Sequence record: SRR31156797_2530
Reading direction: 5' to 3' (one strand)
DNA: 64,000 nucleotides
Shown: positions 27,402-38,207 of the stretch, one piece after another
How the letters are laid out: each line of letters starts with the position of its first letter
Position numbering within the stretch: position 1 is the first letter of the stretch
Notes under the pieces: generated by a model
What the model saw: only the letters and a program-made list of their open reading frames with translations
The model's database searches: none
Told to the model about the DNA's origin: nothing
Translations under genes and position numbers: made by a program

Positions 27402-27467
27402 CAATCATTCGTCTTTATGAACCCGACTCTATGCTGTCGAACCGTTCAAGGCGAATGATTGTTTTTT
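27402..27467 (+). terminator. Long nested hairpin terminator
   Basis: CAATCATTCGTCTT / AAGGCGAATGATTG followed by a T run. Confidence 0.7.
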
Positions 27468-27547
27468 GTTTTAATGCAAGACATTTTGTAACTAAAGAAC
27501 TAGAATTGATAATAAAAGAATCAATTGCCTTTAAGGAGGGAATGACA

Positions 27548-28282
27548 ATGCAAAAATATCTTTATGCAATCAGTGACATTCATGGAATGGCCGATCTTTT
27601 TAAAAGTCTTCTTAAGGAATATGATCCGAAAATCCATCAGTTGCTTTTGATTGGTGATTTAAATGACCGAGGGCCAATGTCCAAAGAGTGTTTATTGCTT
27701 GGAAAGAAATTAGTCGAAGAACATCAAGCGATTTATTTACGTGGCAATCACGAAGAGTATTTTCTGCAATTTCTAAATGCCCCTGAGGATTGGTTCGCCG
27801 CCTACGTACGCAATGGTGGCAAAGAAACGATTGAAAGTCTTTTGCATACAGGCGCCACTGAGGAGTATTCGCCGACGGAAATCGCCTTAATGATCCGAAG
27901 TAGGTATGGAGACTTATTAGAGTTTTTAATGGAGCGACCACTTTATTACGAGTGGGGAAAGTACCTCTTTGTCCATGCGGGCGTGGATTTAAGTAAAAAA
28001 GATTGGCGGAAGACCACCGACCACGATTTTATCTGGATTCGCGAACCTTTTCATAAAGGGAAAAACCGTACAGGAAAAACGATCGTTTTTGGCCATACCA
28101 TCACGCCCATGCTGCATGGAGATATGCAGACAACAGATCTTTGGCAACAAGACGACAAAATCGGCATCGATGGCGGGGCAGTATTTGGTGGATCGGTGCA
28201 TGGCGTGATTTTTGATGACAAAGGGGTCCTTCAAGATATCGAATATCAAAATTTAGCAGGACCTTGGCAACCAGACTTTTAA
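27548..28282 (+). CDS. Metallophosphoesterase (PPP/ApaH-like)
   Basis: SDIHG, GDLNDRG, GNHE, FVHAG, FGHT. Confidence 0.9.
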   Translation: MQKYLYAISDIHGMADLFKSLLKEYDPKIHQLLLIGDLNDRGPMSKECLLLGKKLVEEHQAIYLRGNHEEYFLQFLNAPEDWFAAYVRNGGKETIESLLHTGATEEYSPTEIALMIRSRYGDLLEFLMERPLYYEWGKYLFVHAGVDLSKKDWRKTTDHDFIWIREPFHKGKNRTGKTIVFGHTITPMLHGDMQTTDLWQQDDKIGIDGGAVFGGSVHGVIFDDKGVLQDIEYQNLAGPWQPDF

Positions 28283-28306
28283 AAGTCTTTTCTAAAAAGA
28301 GAAAAG

Positions 28307-28376
28307 CAGCCATTACAAGAGCCCCGAAGCAATGTTCCATTCGTGCCTTCTTGTTTCCTCAATGGCTGTCTTTTTT
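28307..28376 (+). terminator. Long nested hairpin terminator
   Basis: CAGCCATT / AATGGCTG with inner ACAAGA/TCTTGT, then a T run. Confidence 0.6.
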
Positions 28377-28417
28377 ATGTTAAAATAGCAAAAGCAACAA
28401 AGGAAAGGTGAGAACGA

Positions 28418-30604
28418 ATGGCAGAAATGAATCAAGAGGTACTTGATTTAGTGAAACAAGAACTAACCTCTTTTACCCAAAAACAAATCAGTACGGTGTT
28501 ACAATTATTGCAAGAAGGAAATACCGTTCCGTTTATTGCCCGCTACCGTAAAGAAATGACGAATGGACTTGACGAAGTTCAGATTCGAGAAATCGAAGAG
28601 CGGTATCAGTACTTAGAAAACCTAGAGAAACGCAAGCAAGAAGTTTTACGCTTGATAGAAGAACAAGAAAAGCTAACGCCTGAACTATCACAGGCGATTT
28701 TAGCTGCGACAAAAATGCAGGCCGTCGAAGACCTGTATCGTCCTTATAAACAAAAACGACGCACCAAAGCAACGATAGCCAAAGAAAATGGCTTGGAACC
28801 ATTTGCTCAGTGGCTGTTAAGCGTCTCAAAAATAGGTGACGTTCAAGAAAAAGCGACCGAATTTATGAGTGATGCTGTTCCTACTGTAGAAGATGTCTTG
28901 GCTGGCGCCCATGAGATCATTGCAGAAGTCGTTGGTGATACTGCAGAATTTCGAAGTTGGATTCGGAGCTATTATTCTAACAAAGGACTGTATAAGAGCA
29001 CGGTCAAAAATGCTGAAAAAGATGAAAAAGGCGTTTATGAAATGTATTACGATTTCCAACATCCTATCAATAAGATGGTTTCCCACCGGGTTTTAGCCAC
29101 CAATCGTGGAGAAAAAGAAGACATTTTGAAGGTAACGCTTGTGGCAGATGAAGAAAAAATCATGGAGTACCTACGTCGGAAATTGATCACAAATAGTGAT
29201 TCACCCGCAGCCAGTTTTGTCCAAACTGCTGCTGCTGACGCCTTGAAACGTTTTATCTTACCAGCGATCGAACGAGAGATCCGCAATGAGTTGACAGAAA
29301 AAGCCGACGAACAAGCAATTGCGATTTTTGGAGAAAATCTTCGCAATCTGCTGCTGCAGCCTACGTTGAAGGGGAAAGTCGTTTTAGGGTTTGATCCAGC
29401 GTATCGAACGGGCTGTAAATTGGCCGTCGTTGATGAGACAGGAAAAGTATTAGCAATCGAAGTGATCTATCCCCATAAACCGGCGCCGATGAATAAACGA
29501 GAAGCGGCTGGACCAGCGTTTCGTCGCTTATTGCAAACCTATAAAGTTGAAATGGTCGCAATCGGTAATGGGACGGCGAGTCGAGAGTCAGAGCAATTCG
29601 TCGCTGAACAATTAAAATTGATCGATCAAGAGGTATATTATGTGATCGTGAATGAGGCAGGCGCTTCTGTTTATTCGGCCAGTCCGATCGCCCGGCATGA
29701 ATTCCCTGATCTGCAAGTGGAAGAACGAAGTGCCATCAGTATTGGTCGCCGTCTCCAAGATCCCTTGGCAGAATTAGTTAAAATCGATCCACAATCGGTG
29801 GGCGTCGGGCAATACCAACATGACGTTTCGCAAAAGCGCTTAGCCGAACAATTGGATTTTGTCGTGGAAACGGTCGTCAACCAAGTAGGCGTTGATGTCA
29901 ATACCGCAAGTGCGGCACTTTTACAGCACGTGGCGGGCTTAAATAAAACGACTGCCCAAAATATCGTGACCTATCGAGAAGAAAACGGGGTATTTACGCA
30001 GCGCAATCAACTGAAAAAAGTCCCTCGCTTAGGGCCAAAGGCCTATGAACAGGCGATCGGTTTTATGCGGATTCCTGGCGGAAAAGTCATTTTGGACAAT
30101 ACCGGGATTCATCCAGAAAGTTATGACACTGCCAAAGAAATTTTGGCGCTCGCGGATATTTCTCTAGCGGAGCTTGGGAAAGAACAATCGGAAGAAAATA
30201 AAGTGAAGTTGGCGCAAATGCGTCCAGCAGAACTTTCTGCTAAATTGTCTGTCGGGAAAGAAACCATCACAGATATCTTAAAAGCGTTAATGCAGCCAGG
30301 ACGTGATATGCGGGATGAAATGCCAGCCCCATTATTGCGCAAAGATGTGTTGAGTATGGAGGATCTAAAACCGGGAATGGAATTGAAAGGAACTGTTCGA
30401 AATGTGATCGACTTTGGTGCTTTCGTCGATATCGGTGTCAAACAAGATGGACTGGTTCATTTGTCGAAGCTGAGCCGTTCGTTTGTAAAACATCCGAAAG
30501 ACGTTGTTTCCGTTGGTGACGTCGTAACCGTTTGGATCGAGCAAGTAGATGTCAAAAAAGGCCGTATCAGCTTAACAATGGTCGATCCAGGAAATGCTAA
30601 ATGA
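28418..30604 (+). CDS. tex: Tex family RNA-binding protein
   Basis: TVPFIARYRKE, GFDPAYRTGCK, HhH and C-terminal S1 domains. Confidence 0.93.
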   Translation: MAEMNQEVLDLVKQELTSFTQKQISTVLQLLQEGNTVPFIARYRKEMTNGLDEVQIREIEERYQYLENLEKRKQEVLRLIEEQEKLTPELSQAILAATKMQAVEDLYRPYKQKRRTKATIAKENGLEPFAQWLLSVSKIGDVQEKATEFMSDAVPTVEDVLAGAHEIIAEVVGDTAEFRSWIRSYYSNKGLYKSTVKNAEKDEKGVYEMYYDFQHPINKMVSHRVLATNRGEKEDILKVTLVADEEKIMEYLRRKLITNSDSPAASFVQTAAADALKRFILPAIEREIRNELTEKADEQAIAIFGENLRNLLLQPTLKGKVVLGFDPAYRTGCKLAVVDETGKVLAIEVIYPHKPAPMNKREAAGPAFRRLLQTYKVEMVAIGNGTASRESEQFVAEQLKLIDQEVYYVIVNEAGASVYSASPIARHEFPDLQVEERSAISIGRRLQDPLAELVKIDPQSVGVGQYQHDVSQKRLAEQLDFVVETVVNQVGVDVNTASAALLQHVAGLNKTTAQNIVTYREENGVFTQRNQLKKVPRLGPKAYEQAIGFMRIPGGKVILDNTGIHPESYDTAKEILALADISLAELGKEQSEENKVKLAQMRPAELSAKLSVGKETITDILKALMQPGRDMRDEMPAPLLRKDVLSMEDLKPGMELKGTVRNVIDFGAFVDIGVKQDGLVHLSKLSRSFVKHPKDVVSVGDVVTVWIEQVDVKKGRISLTMVDPGNAK

Positions 30605-31065
30605 CCCAACAAGAATTGCAGCGTTTGGTGGAAGAGCTTTCGCTGTCTGTTTTCAATAAACCATTTACGCATCGAGCGGTATTTAATTCTCGCTTAAAAA
30701 CAACCGGTGGCCGTTACCATCTAAGTGATCACCACTTGGATTTCAATCCAGTGATGCTTACTGAACACGGGATGGAGGTTTTTATCGGCATTATCAAGCA
30801 TGAATTATGTCACTATCATTTGCATTTAGCAGGTCTTGGTCATCGTCACCAAGATCCTGCTTTTAAAGCATTGCTGGCAAAAACGGGAGGCCTGCGGTAT
30901 GCACCTCCTGCCAAAAGGACAGCTAAACATCGCTATCGATGTCAAAATTGCGGCTGCGAGATTCGGCGGCAGCGGCGTGTGGATATCAAAAAATATGTTT
31001 GTGGAAAATGTCGTGGAAGTTTGCTAGAAATAGGAAATGATGAGAAAAGTCAAGTCGAAAAATAA
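30601..31065 (+). CDS. SprT family zinc metalloprotein
   Basis: RLKTTGGRY, HELCH, two CxxC pairs. Confidence 0.9.
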   Translation: MTQQELQRLVEELSLSVFNKPFTHRAVFNSRLKTTGGRYHLSDHHLDFNPVMLTEHGMEVFIGIIKHELCHYHLHLAGLGHRHQDPAFKALLAKTGGLRYAPPAKRTAKHRYRCQNCGCEIRRQRRVDIKKYVCGKCRGSLLEIGNDEKSQVEK

Positions 31066-31179
31066 AACTCGTTGCTATTTTTTTCATTTTGTATGATAAT
31101 GTAGGTCGTGTGACAACCTGATATTTGTCAATACACGCGTTTTTTTACGACGCGGATTTGAGAAAAGAGGATTATAATA

Positions 31180-32514
31180 ATGGAAAATCAAAACAAAATA
31201 CATCATTTTGTTGGAATCAAAGGTTCCGGTATGAGTTCATTGGCTTTGATTCTGCACGAAAAAGGCTACCAAGTACAAGGCTCTGATGTGGAAGAATATT
31301 TCTTCACTCAACGTGATCTAGAAAAAGCAGCAATCAAATTGTTGCCTTTCGATAAAGCAAACATTCAACCAGAAATGGTCATTATCCAAGGGAATGCTTT
31401 CCCTGACACCCACGAAGAAATCATACGGGCCAAAGAACTTGGTTTAGAAGTCACTCGTTATCATGACTTTATTGGCCAATTCATTCAGCCCTATACGAGT
31501 ATTGCTGTGACTGGTTCTCACGGAAAAACCAGTACGACAGGATTGCTTTCTCATGTTTTAAGCGGCATCCGGCCAACAAGTTTCTTGATTGGCGATGGTA
31601 CCGGTCATGGAGAGCCCGATGCGGAATTCTTCTCGTTTGAAGCTTGTGAATACCGCCGTCATTTCTTAGCTTATTCACCGGACTATGCAATTATGACCAA
31701 CATCGATTTTGATCATCCGGACTATTTCCACTCGATTGACGATGTCTTCTCAGCCTTTCAATCGATGGCAAGTCAAGTAAAAAAAGGCATTTTTGCTTTT
31801 GGTGATGACGAGTACCTGCGTAAACTTGAAGCAGATGTCCCGATCTACTATTACGGCGTCAACGATAACGACGATGTTCAAGCAAAAAACATTGAACGCA
31901 CCACCCAAGGTTCAGAGTTCGACGTCTTTATCCATGGTGAAAATATTGGCCATTTTGTCTTGCCAGCGTTTGGTCAACACAACATCAACAACGCACTCAG
32001 TGTGATCGCTGTGGCTTACAAAGAAGGATTGGACATGAAAGAAGTTGCCGCTGAGATGCTCTCATTCCCTGGAGTGAAACGTCGCTTCAGCGAAAAAATC
32101 GTAGCGGATATGACGATCGTAGACGACTACGCCCATCATCCTGCAGAAATCAAAGCAACGATTGATGGCGCTCGTCAAAAATATCCGGATAAAGAGATTA
32201 TTGCTGTCTTCCAACCTCATACCTTTACCCGTACGATCGCTTTAATGGATGAATTTGCGGAAGCGTTAGATCTTGCAGACCATGTGTATCTATGTGACAT
32301 TTTTGGATCTGCCCGTGAATCTCGAGGGGATGTTAAGATTGAAGATCTGGGCAATAAAATTCAAAGAGGCGGAACTGTGATCAAAGAAGAGAACGTTTCT
32401 CCGCTACTAGATCATCAAAATGCTGTCGTGATTTTCATGGGAGCAGGAGATGTGCAAAAATTTGAAACAGCCTATGAAAAACTACTAAGCAATACAACTC
32501 GTAACGTATTGTAA
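31180..32514 (+). CDS. murC: UDP-N-acetylmuramate--L-alanine ligase
   Basis: [27 protein letters not shown]. Confidence 0.96.
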   Translation: MENQNKIHHFVGIKGSGMSSLALILHEKGYQVQGSDVEEYFFTQRDLEKAAIKLLPFDKANIQPEMVIIQGNAFPDTHEEIIRAKELGLEVTRYHDFIGQFIQPYTSIAVTGSHGKTSTTGLLSHVLSGIRPTSFLIGDGTGHGEPDAEFFSFEACEYRRHFLAYSPDYAIMTNIDFDHPDYFHSIDDVFSAFQSMASQVKKGIFAFGDDEYLRKLEADVPIYYYGVNDNDDVQAKNIERTTQGSEFDVFIHGENIGHFVLPAFGQHNINNALSVIAVAYKEGLDMKEVAAEMLSFPGVKRRFSEKIVADMTIVDDYAHHPAEIKATIDGARQKYPDKEIIAVFQPHTFTRTIALMDEFAEALDLADHVYLCDIFGSARESRGDVKIEDLGNKIQRGGTVIKEENVSPLLDHQNAVVIFMGAGDVQKFETAYEKLLSNTTRNVL

Positions 32515-32517
32515 TCA

Positions 32518-32553
32518 AAGACTCTTGTGGCGTGTTTGCTGCAAGAGTTTTTT
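32518..32553 (+). terminator. Terminator after murC
   Basis: ACTCTTG / CAAGAGT followed by a T run. Confidence 0.7.
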
Positions 32554-32655
32554 ACATCTGAAGTTTTTGCAAAAGCAGCACCGCGAACTTGCACTTTTGT
32601 CGGCATCTGATAGAATATACTCAGATGAAACTATTCTTTTTGGAGGAATTAAATT

Positions 32656-33129
32656 TTGAATATAGGAAAACCGCGAAAAATAGGGAAAAGTATTGAAGAT
32701 ATCGAGGAAGGCGATTCGTTATCCTTAACAGAATCGATCGAAGACAATAAACTGTTGTTATATTTAGGACTTACTAATGATGCAAACCCTTTGTATATTC
32801 AACATGACTACACGCAAAATACTGAGTATCAGCGTCCAATCGTCCCATCCATCATGTTGATGGGGATCATCACCAGTGCCGTATCGAAACATTTGCCTGG
32901 TCCTGGCTCTCATGTAGTCAATTTTTCGGTGAACTTTATTGAACCTGTATATCATTATGAAACATTGACCTTTGAATTCGAAGTGATCAAAGTGGATAAA
33001 ATGAAAGACGTGGTAACTATTTCGGTTGAAGCGATCAACACAGAAGATCATCGTATTTTAGATGCTGTGGTCATGGTCCAGCCGCCAAAAGCAGTAGCAG
33101 TAAATGAGGAGGAACAACAAGATGAATAA
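32656..33129 (+). CDS. MaoC/hot-dog fold protein
   Basis: DANPLY, LPGPG, F.EPV; GGAGG RBS with TTG start. Confidence 0.8.
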   Translation: MNIGKPRKIGKSIEDIEEGDSLSLTESIEDNKLLLYLGLTNDANPLYIQHDYTQNTEYQRPIVPSIMLMGIITSAVSKHLPGPGSHVVNFSVNFIEPVYHYETLTFEFEVIKVDKMKDVVTISVEAINTEDHRILDAVVMVQPPKAVAVNEEEQQDE

Positions 33130-33814
33130 TTTAAACAATGAAACCGTCCAAGCCCAAGGCTTAAATCGCTTTTATTCAAAAGTGTATTTATTCTTCGGCG
33201 TTGGGCTTGCGATCAGTGCGATTTCAGCCTATATTTTTGGGGAAGTCTTCAAAGCGCAAACCCTGCAATTTATCGACAATTTTCCGCTAGGATTTACCGG
33301 TCTTTGGATCTTACAGATCATTCTAGTTATTGTATTAGGGGTGAAGGCGCAGAAAAATCCGTCCTTGACCGTTGCTGGCTTTTTAGTCTATTCGCTCTTG
33401 AATGGATTGACCTTGTCTGTGACATTGATGATCTATGACTTTGGATCGATCGTGGGAGCATTTGTTTCAGCAGCCGTCACTTTTGGTGTCATGTCAGCAT
33501 TTGGGATCATGACCAAACGTGATCTAAGTGTGGTTGGTCGTATCGGCTATGGTCTGTTGATCGGGATCATCATCTCAACGCTCTTGAATGTATTTATTTT
33601 ACGCAGTCAACCGGTTGACTTTTTCTTATCGATCGTGACCGTCTTTGTCTTTATGGGAATCACCGCTTATGACAATCAGCAAATCCGCAATGTATACTTC
33701 GCAACGAATGGTGGCGCAAATACTGGAGTGGCCGTTTTCATGGCATTACAACTGTATTTAGACTTCATCAACTTATTCCTAGCGTTATTGCGAATCTTTG
33801 GCAAAAACAACTAA
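33122..33814 (+). CDS. Bax inhibitor-1/YccA family membrane protein
   Basis: Multi-TM; TAYDNQ and ALQLYLDFINLF motifs. Confidence 0.9.
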   Translation: MNNLNNETVQAQGLNRFYSKVYLFFGVGLAISAISAYIFGEVFKAQTLQFIDNFPLGFTGLWILQIILVIVLGVKAQKNPSLTVAGFLVYSLLNGLTLSVTLMIYDFGSIVGAFVSAAVTFGVMSAFGIMTKRDLSVVGRIGYGLLIGIIISTLLNVFILRSQPVDFFLSIVTVFVFMGITAYDNQQIRNVYFATNGGANTGVAVFMALQLYLDFINLFLALLRIFGKNN

Positions 33815-33939
33815 AAAAAGTGCGAGGAAACTCGCCTTTTTTTTTGTATAAAATGAGAGAGAAAACAAAGCAATTCATCGCTTTTGTGCCCGTTCTTTGA
33901 TAGAATAAAGAGGAACTTTTTGAGAAAAGGAGTAATCAA

Positions 33940-36585
33940 ATGCCAAAAAATAAATTACTACTCGTTGATGGGAATAGTGTGGCTTTTCGCGCGTTTTTTG
34001 CGTTGCATAATTCATTAGAACGGTTTAAAAATGCCAACGGGCTGCACACAAATGCCATCTATGCGTTTCATACTATGTTTGAAAATGTGATGGCAAAAGA
34101 ACAGCCAACACATGTTTTAGTGGCTTTTGATGCTGGAAAAACCACCTTCAGGACAGCGATGTATGAAGATTATAAAGGTGGGCGTTCAAAAACCCCTGGG
34201 GAATTTAAAGAACAAATGCCTTACATTCGCGAATTGATCAACGCGTTAGGTGTTCAATACTACGAATTAGATAACTATGAAGCCGATGATATCATTGGCA
34301 CATTGGCAAATAAAGTCGATAAAGAGCTATTTGATGTCGTCGTTTTATCTGGCGATCGCGATTTGACCCAGCTGGCAACGGAGCACGTGAAAGTTGACAT
34401 TACGGTCAAAGGCGTTAGCGAAATTGAAAGTTATACGCCCGCTCATGTGGCTGAAAAATATGACGGCCTAACACCCTTACAAATCATCGACATGAAAGGA
34501 CTAGCTGGCGATGCTTCCGATAATATTCCCGGCGTCACCAAAATTGGTGAGAAGACAGCCATTAAGCTTTTAAAGGAATATGGCTCCGTTGAGGGAATCT
34601 ATGAACACATCGATGAAATGAAAAAAAGCAAGATGAAAGAAAACTTGATCAATGACCGTGAGATCGCCTTTCTTTCAAAACAATTAGCAACCATCGATGT
34701 GGATGCGCCCATTGAGGTCGATGTCGACAAACTGAAATATGAAGGCAAAGATTTAGAGAAATTGGTGCCATTCTACCAAGAAATGAACTTTAATAGCTTC
34801 TTAGATAAGCTGCAAATTACAGCTGAACCAGTTGAGATGGAAGACATTTTGTTTTCGGTCGTTGAAGAAGTAACGGAAGATATGTTCCAGGGAGACACAG
34901 CATTGTATGTCGAGATGATGGGGGATAACTATCATTTGGAAGACATTGTCGGTGTTGCTTGGGGCAATCAAGAAAAAATTTATGTCAGCAATCGTGAAGA
35001 ATTGTTTGAAAGTCCAGCCTTTACCGATTGGTTAAAAGACGAGAAACGTAAAAAATTCGTCTATGATGCCAAACGCACGTACGTGGCGTTAAACCGGTAC
35101 ACGACAGCACCAAAAGGAATCGCTTTTGATGTTTTATTGGCAGCTTATCTTTTAGACACGAATGATACAAATAATGACATCGCAGGTGTTGCCGCTCACT
35201 ATGGCTATGATGCGATCCAATCGGATGAAGCGATTTATGGAAAAGGAGCGAAAAAAGGGCTGCCGGCGGATGAGGAAGACTTCTTTGCTCATTTAGCCCG
35301 TAAAGTAGCGGCGATTACAAACCTAACCCCAAAACTTACGGAAGAATTGGCAGCGAAGAATCAAACAGCGCTCTTTGAAGAAATGGAATTGCCTTTATCA
35401 ATGATTTTAGCTGAGATGGAGATTACCGGTATCAAAGTTGATGCGTCTCGCTTGCATCAGATGAAGGGCGAATTTGCACAACGGTTGCATGAAATTGAAG
35501 AAAAAATCTACGCCGAAGCTGGAGAAACCTTCAACTTAAACTCGCCGAAACAATTAGGTGTGATTTTATTTGAAAAAATGGGCTTACCAGTTATCAAAAA
35601 AACCAAAACTGGCTATTCGACAGCAGTCGATGTGTTAGAACAACTAAAAGAGCAAGCACCAATCGTTGAAGACATTTTGACTTATCGTCAAATCGCTAAG
35701 ATCCAATCAACCTATGTAGAAGGCTTATTAAAAGTGATCCAAGGAGATGGCAAAGTCCATACGCGATATGTACAAACCTTGACCCAAACTGGTCGTTTAA
35801 GTTCTATCGATCCAAACTTACAAAACATTCCGATTCGTTTAGAAGAAGGTCGAAAGATCCGCGAAGCCTTTGTGCCACGAGAAACTGATTGGGTGATCTA
35901 TTCCTCTGACTACTCTCAAATCGAACTACGGGTGTTGGCACATATTTCAGATGATACCCATTTGAAAGAAGCCTTTATCGAAGGTCAGGATATCCACTCA
36001 AGTACAGCGATGCGAGTCTTTGGTATCGAAAAAGCAGAAGATGTGACACCAAATATGCGTCGTCAAGCCAAAGCGGTCAACTTCGGTATCGTTTATGGGA
36101 TTTCTGATTATGGATTATCACAGAATCTAGGAATCACCAGAAAAGCCGCCCAACAATACATCGATACGTATTTTGAAAAATATCCTGGTGTGAAAACGTA
36201 TATGGAGGATGTGGTTCGTGAGGCGAAGGACAAAGGGTACGTTGAAACCTTGTATCATCGCCGTCGTTACCTACCTGATATCAATTCTCGCAATTTCAAT
36301 ATTCGAACTTTTGCCGAAAGAACCGCCATCAATACACCGATTCAAGGCAGTGCGGCGGATATCTTAAAAATTGCCATGATCGATTTGGCGAAACGTTTGA
36401 AAGAAGAAAAATTAGCAGCAACGATGCTGCTGCAAGTACACGATGAACTAGTCTTTGAAGTACCTGAATCTGAATTGCCTCGTCTTGACGCTTTAGTGAA
36501 AGAAGTGATGGAGCAAGCCGTTGCATTGCATGTCCCTTTACTGACAGACAGCAATTGGGGCAAAACATGGTACGATGCAAAATAA
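33940..36585 (+). CDS. polA: DNA polymerase I
   Basis: 5'-3' exonuclease (LVDG, YEADD), DYSQIELR, QVHDEL. Confidence 0.97.
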   Translation: MPKNKLLLVDGNSVAFRAFFALHNSLERFKNANGLHTNAIYAFHTMFENVMAKEQPTHVLVAFDAGKTTFRTAMYEDYKGGRSKTPGEFKEQMPYIRELINALGVQYYELDNYEADDIIGTLANKVDKELFDVVVLSGDRDLTQLATEHVKVDITVKGVSEIESYTPAHVAEKYDGLTPLQIIDMKGLAGDASDNIPGVTKIGEKTAIKLLKEYGSVEGIYEHIDEMKKSKMKENLINDREIAFLSKQLATIDVDAPIEVDVDKLKYEGKDLEKLVPFYQEMNFNSFLDKLQITAEPVEMEDILFSVVEEVTEDMFQGDTALYVEMMGDNYHLEDIVGVAWGNQEKIYVSNREELFESPAFTDWLKDEKRKKFVYDAKRTYVALNRYTTAPKGIAFDVLLAAYLLDTNDTNNDIAGVAAHYGYDAIQSDEAIYGKGAKKGLPADEEDFFAHLARKVAAITNLTPKLTEELAAKNQTALFEEMELPLSMILAEMEITGIKVDASRLHQMKGEFAQRLHEIEEKIYAEAGETFNLNSPKQLGVILFEKMGLPVIKKTKTGYSTAVDVLEQLKEQAPIVEDILTYRQIAKIQSTYVEGLLKVIQGDGKVHTRYVQTLTQTGRLSSIDPNLQNIPIRLEEGRKIREAFVPRETDWVIYSSDYSQIELRVLAHISDDTHLKEAFIEGQDIHSSTAMRVFGIEKAEDVTPNMRRQAKAVNFGIVYGISDYGLSQNLGITRKAAQQYIDTYFEKYPGVKTYMEDVVREAKDKGYVETLYHRRRYLPDINSRNFNIRTFAERTAINTPIQGSAADILKIAMIDLAKRLKEEKLAATMLLQVHDELVFEVPESELPRLDALVKEVMEQAVALHVPLLTDSNWGKTWYDAK

Positions 36586-36600
36586 ATGAGGTGAACAGAG

Positions 36601-37443
36601 GTGCCGGAATTACCAGAAGTTGAAACGGTCCGTAAAGGACTTGAAAAACTTGTTTTGAATAAAACGATCGAATCGGTCGAGATCCTGTGGCCGCGAATCA
36701 TTGAAAGTCCTGAAGTACCGATCTTTTCGGCGCTTTTGAAAGGGCAACGTTTTGAAAAATTTGAACGACGTGGAAAATTTTTGATTTTTAAATTGACAGA
36801 TTATGATCTGATCTCTCATCTACGAATGGAAGGCAAGTACGAGTATTTTGAGTCAGACCCGATTGTCGATAAACATACACATGTCATTTTCCATTTTACG
36901 GATGGCAGTCAGTTAAATTACCATGATGTAAGAAAATTTGGACGTATGACCTTAGTGGATAAAGACCAAAGCGCAGCCTATAAAGGCATCATGCAATTAG
37001 GTCCTGAGCCTAAGCCTGAATTGTTTTTATTAGAGGCATTTGAACAAGGATTGAAGCGTTCGAAAAAAGCCATCAAACCGTTATTGCTTGACCAAAAGCT
37101 CGTTACTGGTTTGGGCAATATTTATGTAGATGAGGCGCTGTGGCAAGCAAAAATCCATCCAGAGCAACCAGCGGATTCATTAATGCCAACTGAAGTAGAT
37201 GTGCTGCATAAAGCAATCATCGATGTCTTAGAACGAGCTGTTGAAGCAGGCGGAACTACCATTCGGACCTATCTCAATGCACTAGGAGAAGCCGGGAAAT
37301 TCCAAATGTCATTAAATGTCTATGGCCAGACAGGCAATCCTTGTGGCCGATGTGGCACACCAATCGTCAAGATCAAAGTTGCCCAACGGGGGACGCATTT
37401 TTGTCCTCAGTGTCAAAAACTGCATGTGAGGTCCAACAAATGA
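36601..37443 (+). CDS. mutM: Formamidopyrimidine-DNA glycosylase
   Basis: PELPEVE N-terminus, GLGNIY, C-terminal zinc finger. Confidence 0.96.
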   Translation: MPELPEVETVRKGLEKLVLNKTIESVEILWPRIIESPEVPIFSALLKGQRFEKFERRGKFLIFKLTDYDLISHLRMEGKYEYFESDPIVDKHTHVIFHFTDGSQLNYHDVRKFGRMTLVDKDQSAAYKGIMQLGPEPKPELFLLEAFEQGLKRSKKAIKPLLLDQKLVTGLGNIYVDEALWQAKIHPEQPADSLMPTEVDVLHKAIIDVLERAVEAGGTTIRTYLNALGEAGKFQMSLNVYGQTGNPCGRCGTPIVKIKVAQRGTHFCPQCQKLHVRSNK

Positions 37444-38033
37444 GTTTTGTTTTAGGCGTCACTGGGGGAATCGCCACTGGAAAAAGTACTGCAGTCGCGC
37501 ATTTTCGATCACTGGGTTTACCGATTATTGATGCCGATATCATCGCAAGAGAAGTCGTTGAACCGAATACGGAGGGCTTGCAGGCGGTGACGCAAGCCTT
37601 TGGTCCGCAGATTTTGACAGATGATGGGCACCTAGATCGACAAACCCTCGGTGCTTTGATTTTTAACGATCCAGAAAAACGCCGCATGCTGAATCAGACG
37701 TTATCTCCTTTTATTCGACAAGAGATTTTGTCTCAGATCGAAGAAAAAAAACAGGAAGTGCCCTTGTTGATCGTTGACATTCCTTTGCTTTATGAAGCCG
37801 ACTACGACCAATACATGGATCAAACCGCAGTCGTTTATGTGCCAGAAGCGCTTCAAAAAGAGCGGTTGATGGCACGTAATCAACTGAGTGAGCAAGAAGC
37901 GCAACAACGAATCGACAGTCAGCTTTCCATTGAGAAAAAGAAACAACGGGCAGATATTGTCTTTGATAATCAAGGAACGATCGCCCAACTCAATCAGCAG
38001 ATCGATGATTGGTTAGCATCCTTAAACAAATAG
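37440..38033 (+). CDS. coaE: Dephospho-CoA kinase
   Basis: TGGIATGKS, DIPLLYE; ATGA overlap with mutM. Confidence 0.95.
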   Translation: MSFVLGVTGGIATGKSTAVAHFRSLGLPIIDADIIAREVVEPNTEGLQAVTQAFGPQILTDDGHLDRQTLGALIFNDPEKRRMLNQTLSPFIRQEILSQIEEKKQEVPLLIVDIPLLYEADYDQYMDQTAVVYVPEALQKERLMARNQLSEQEAQQRIDSQLSIEKKKQRADIVFDNQGTIAQLNQQIDDWLASLNK

Positions 38034-38040
38034 ATAAGAC

Positions 38041-38077
38041 AGCAGGTTCCCTTCAGTAAAAGGGAACCTGCTATTTT
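38041..38077. terminator. Terminator between coaE and the convergent ABC ATPase
   Basis: AGCAGGTTCCCTT / AAGGGAACCTGCT. Confidence 0.75.
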
Positions 38078-38207
38078 ATCTTTCAATAGCAAACCTAGCC
38101 CTATCATTTCCAAAAACAACTGGCGCTGAAACATGTCGGAAACTGTTTGGTTTGGAAAGTAAGACGATCGTGTATGAATGGTTAAATATCAAAGTACCAG
38201 CCCTGAT

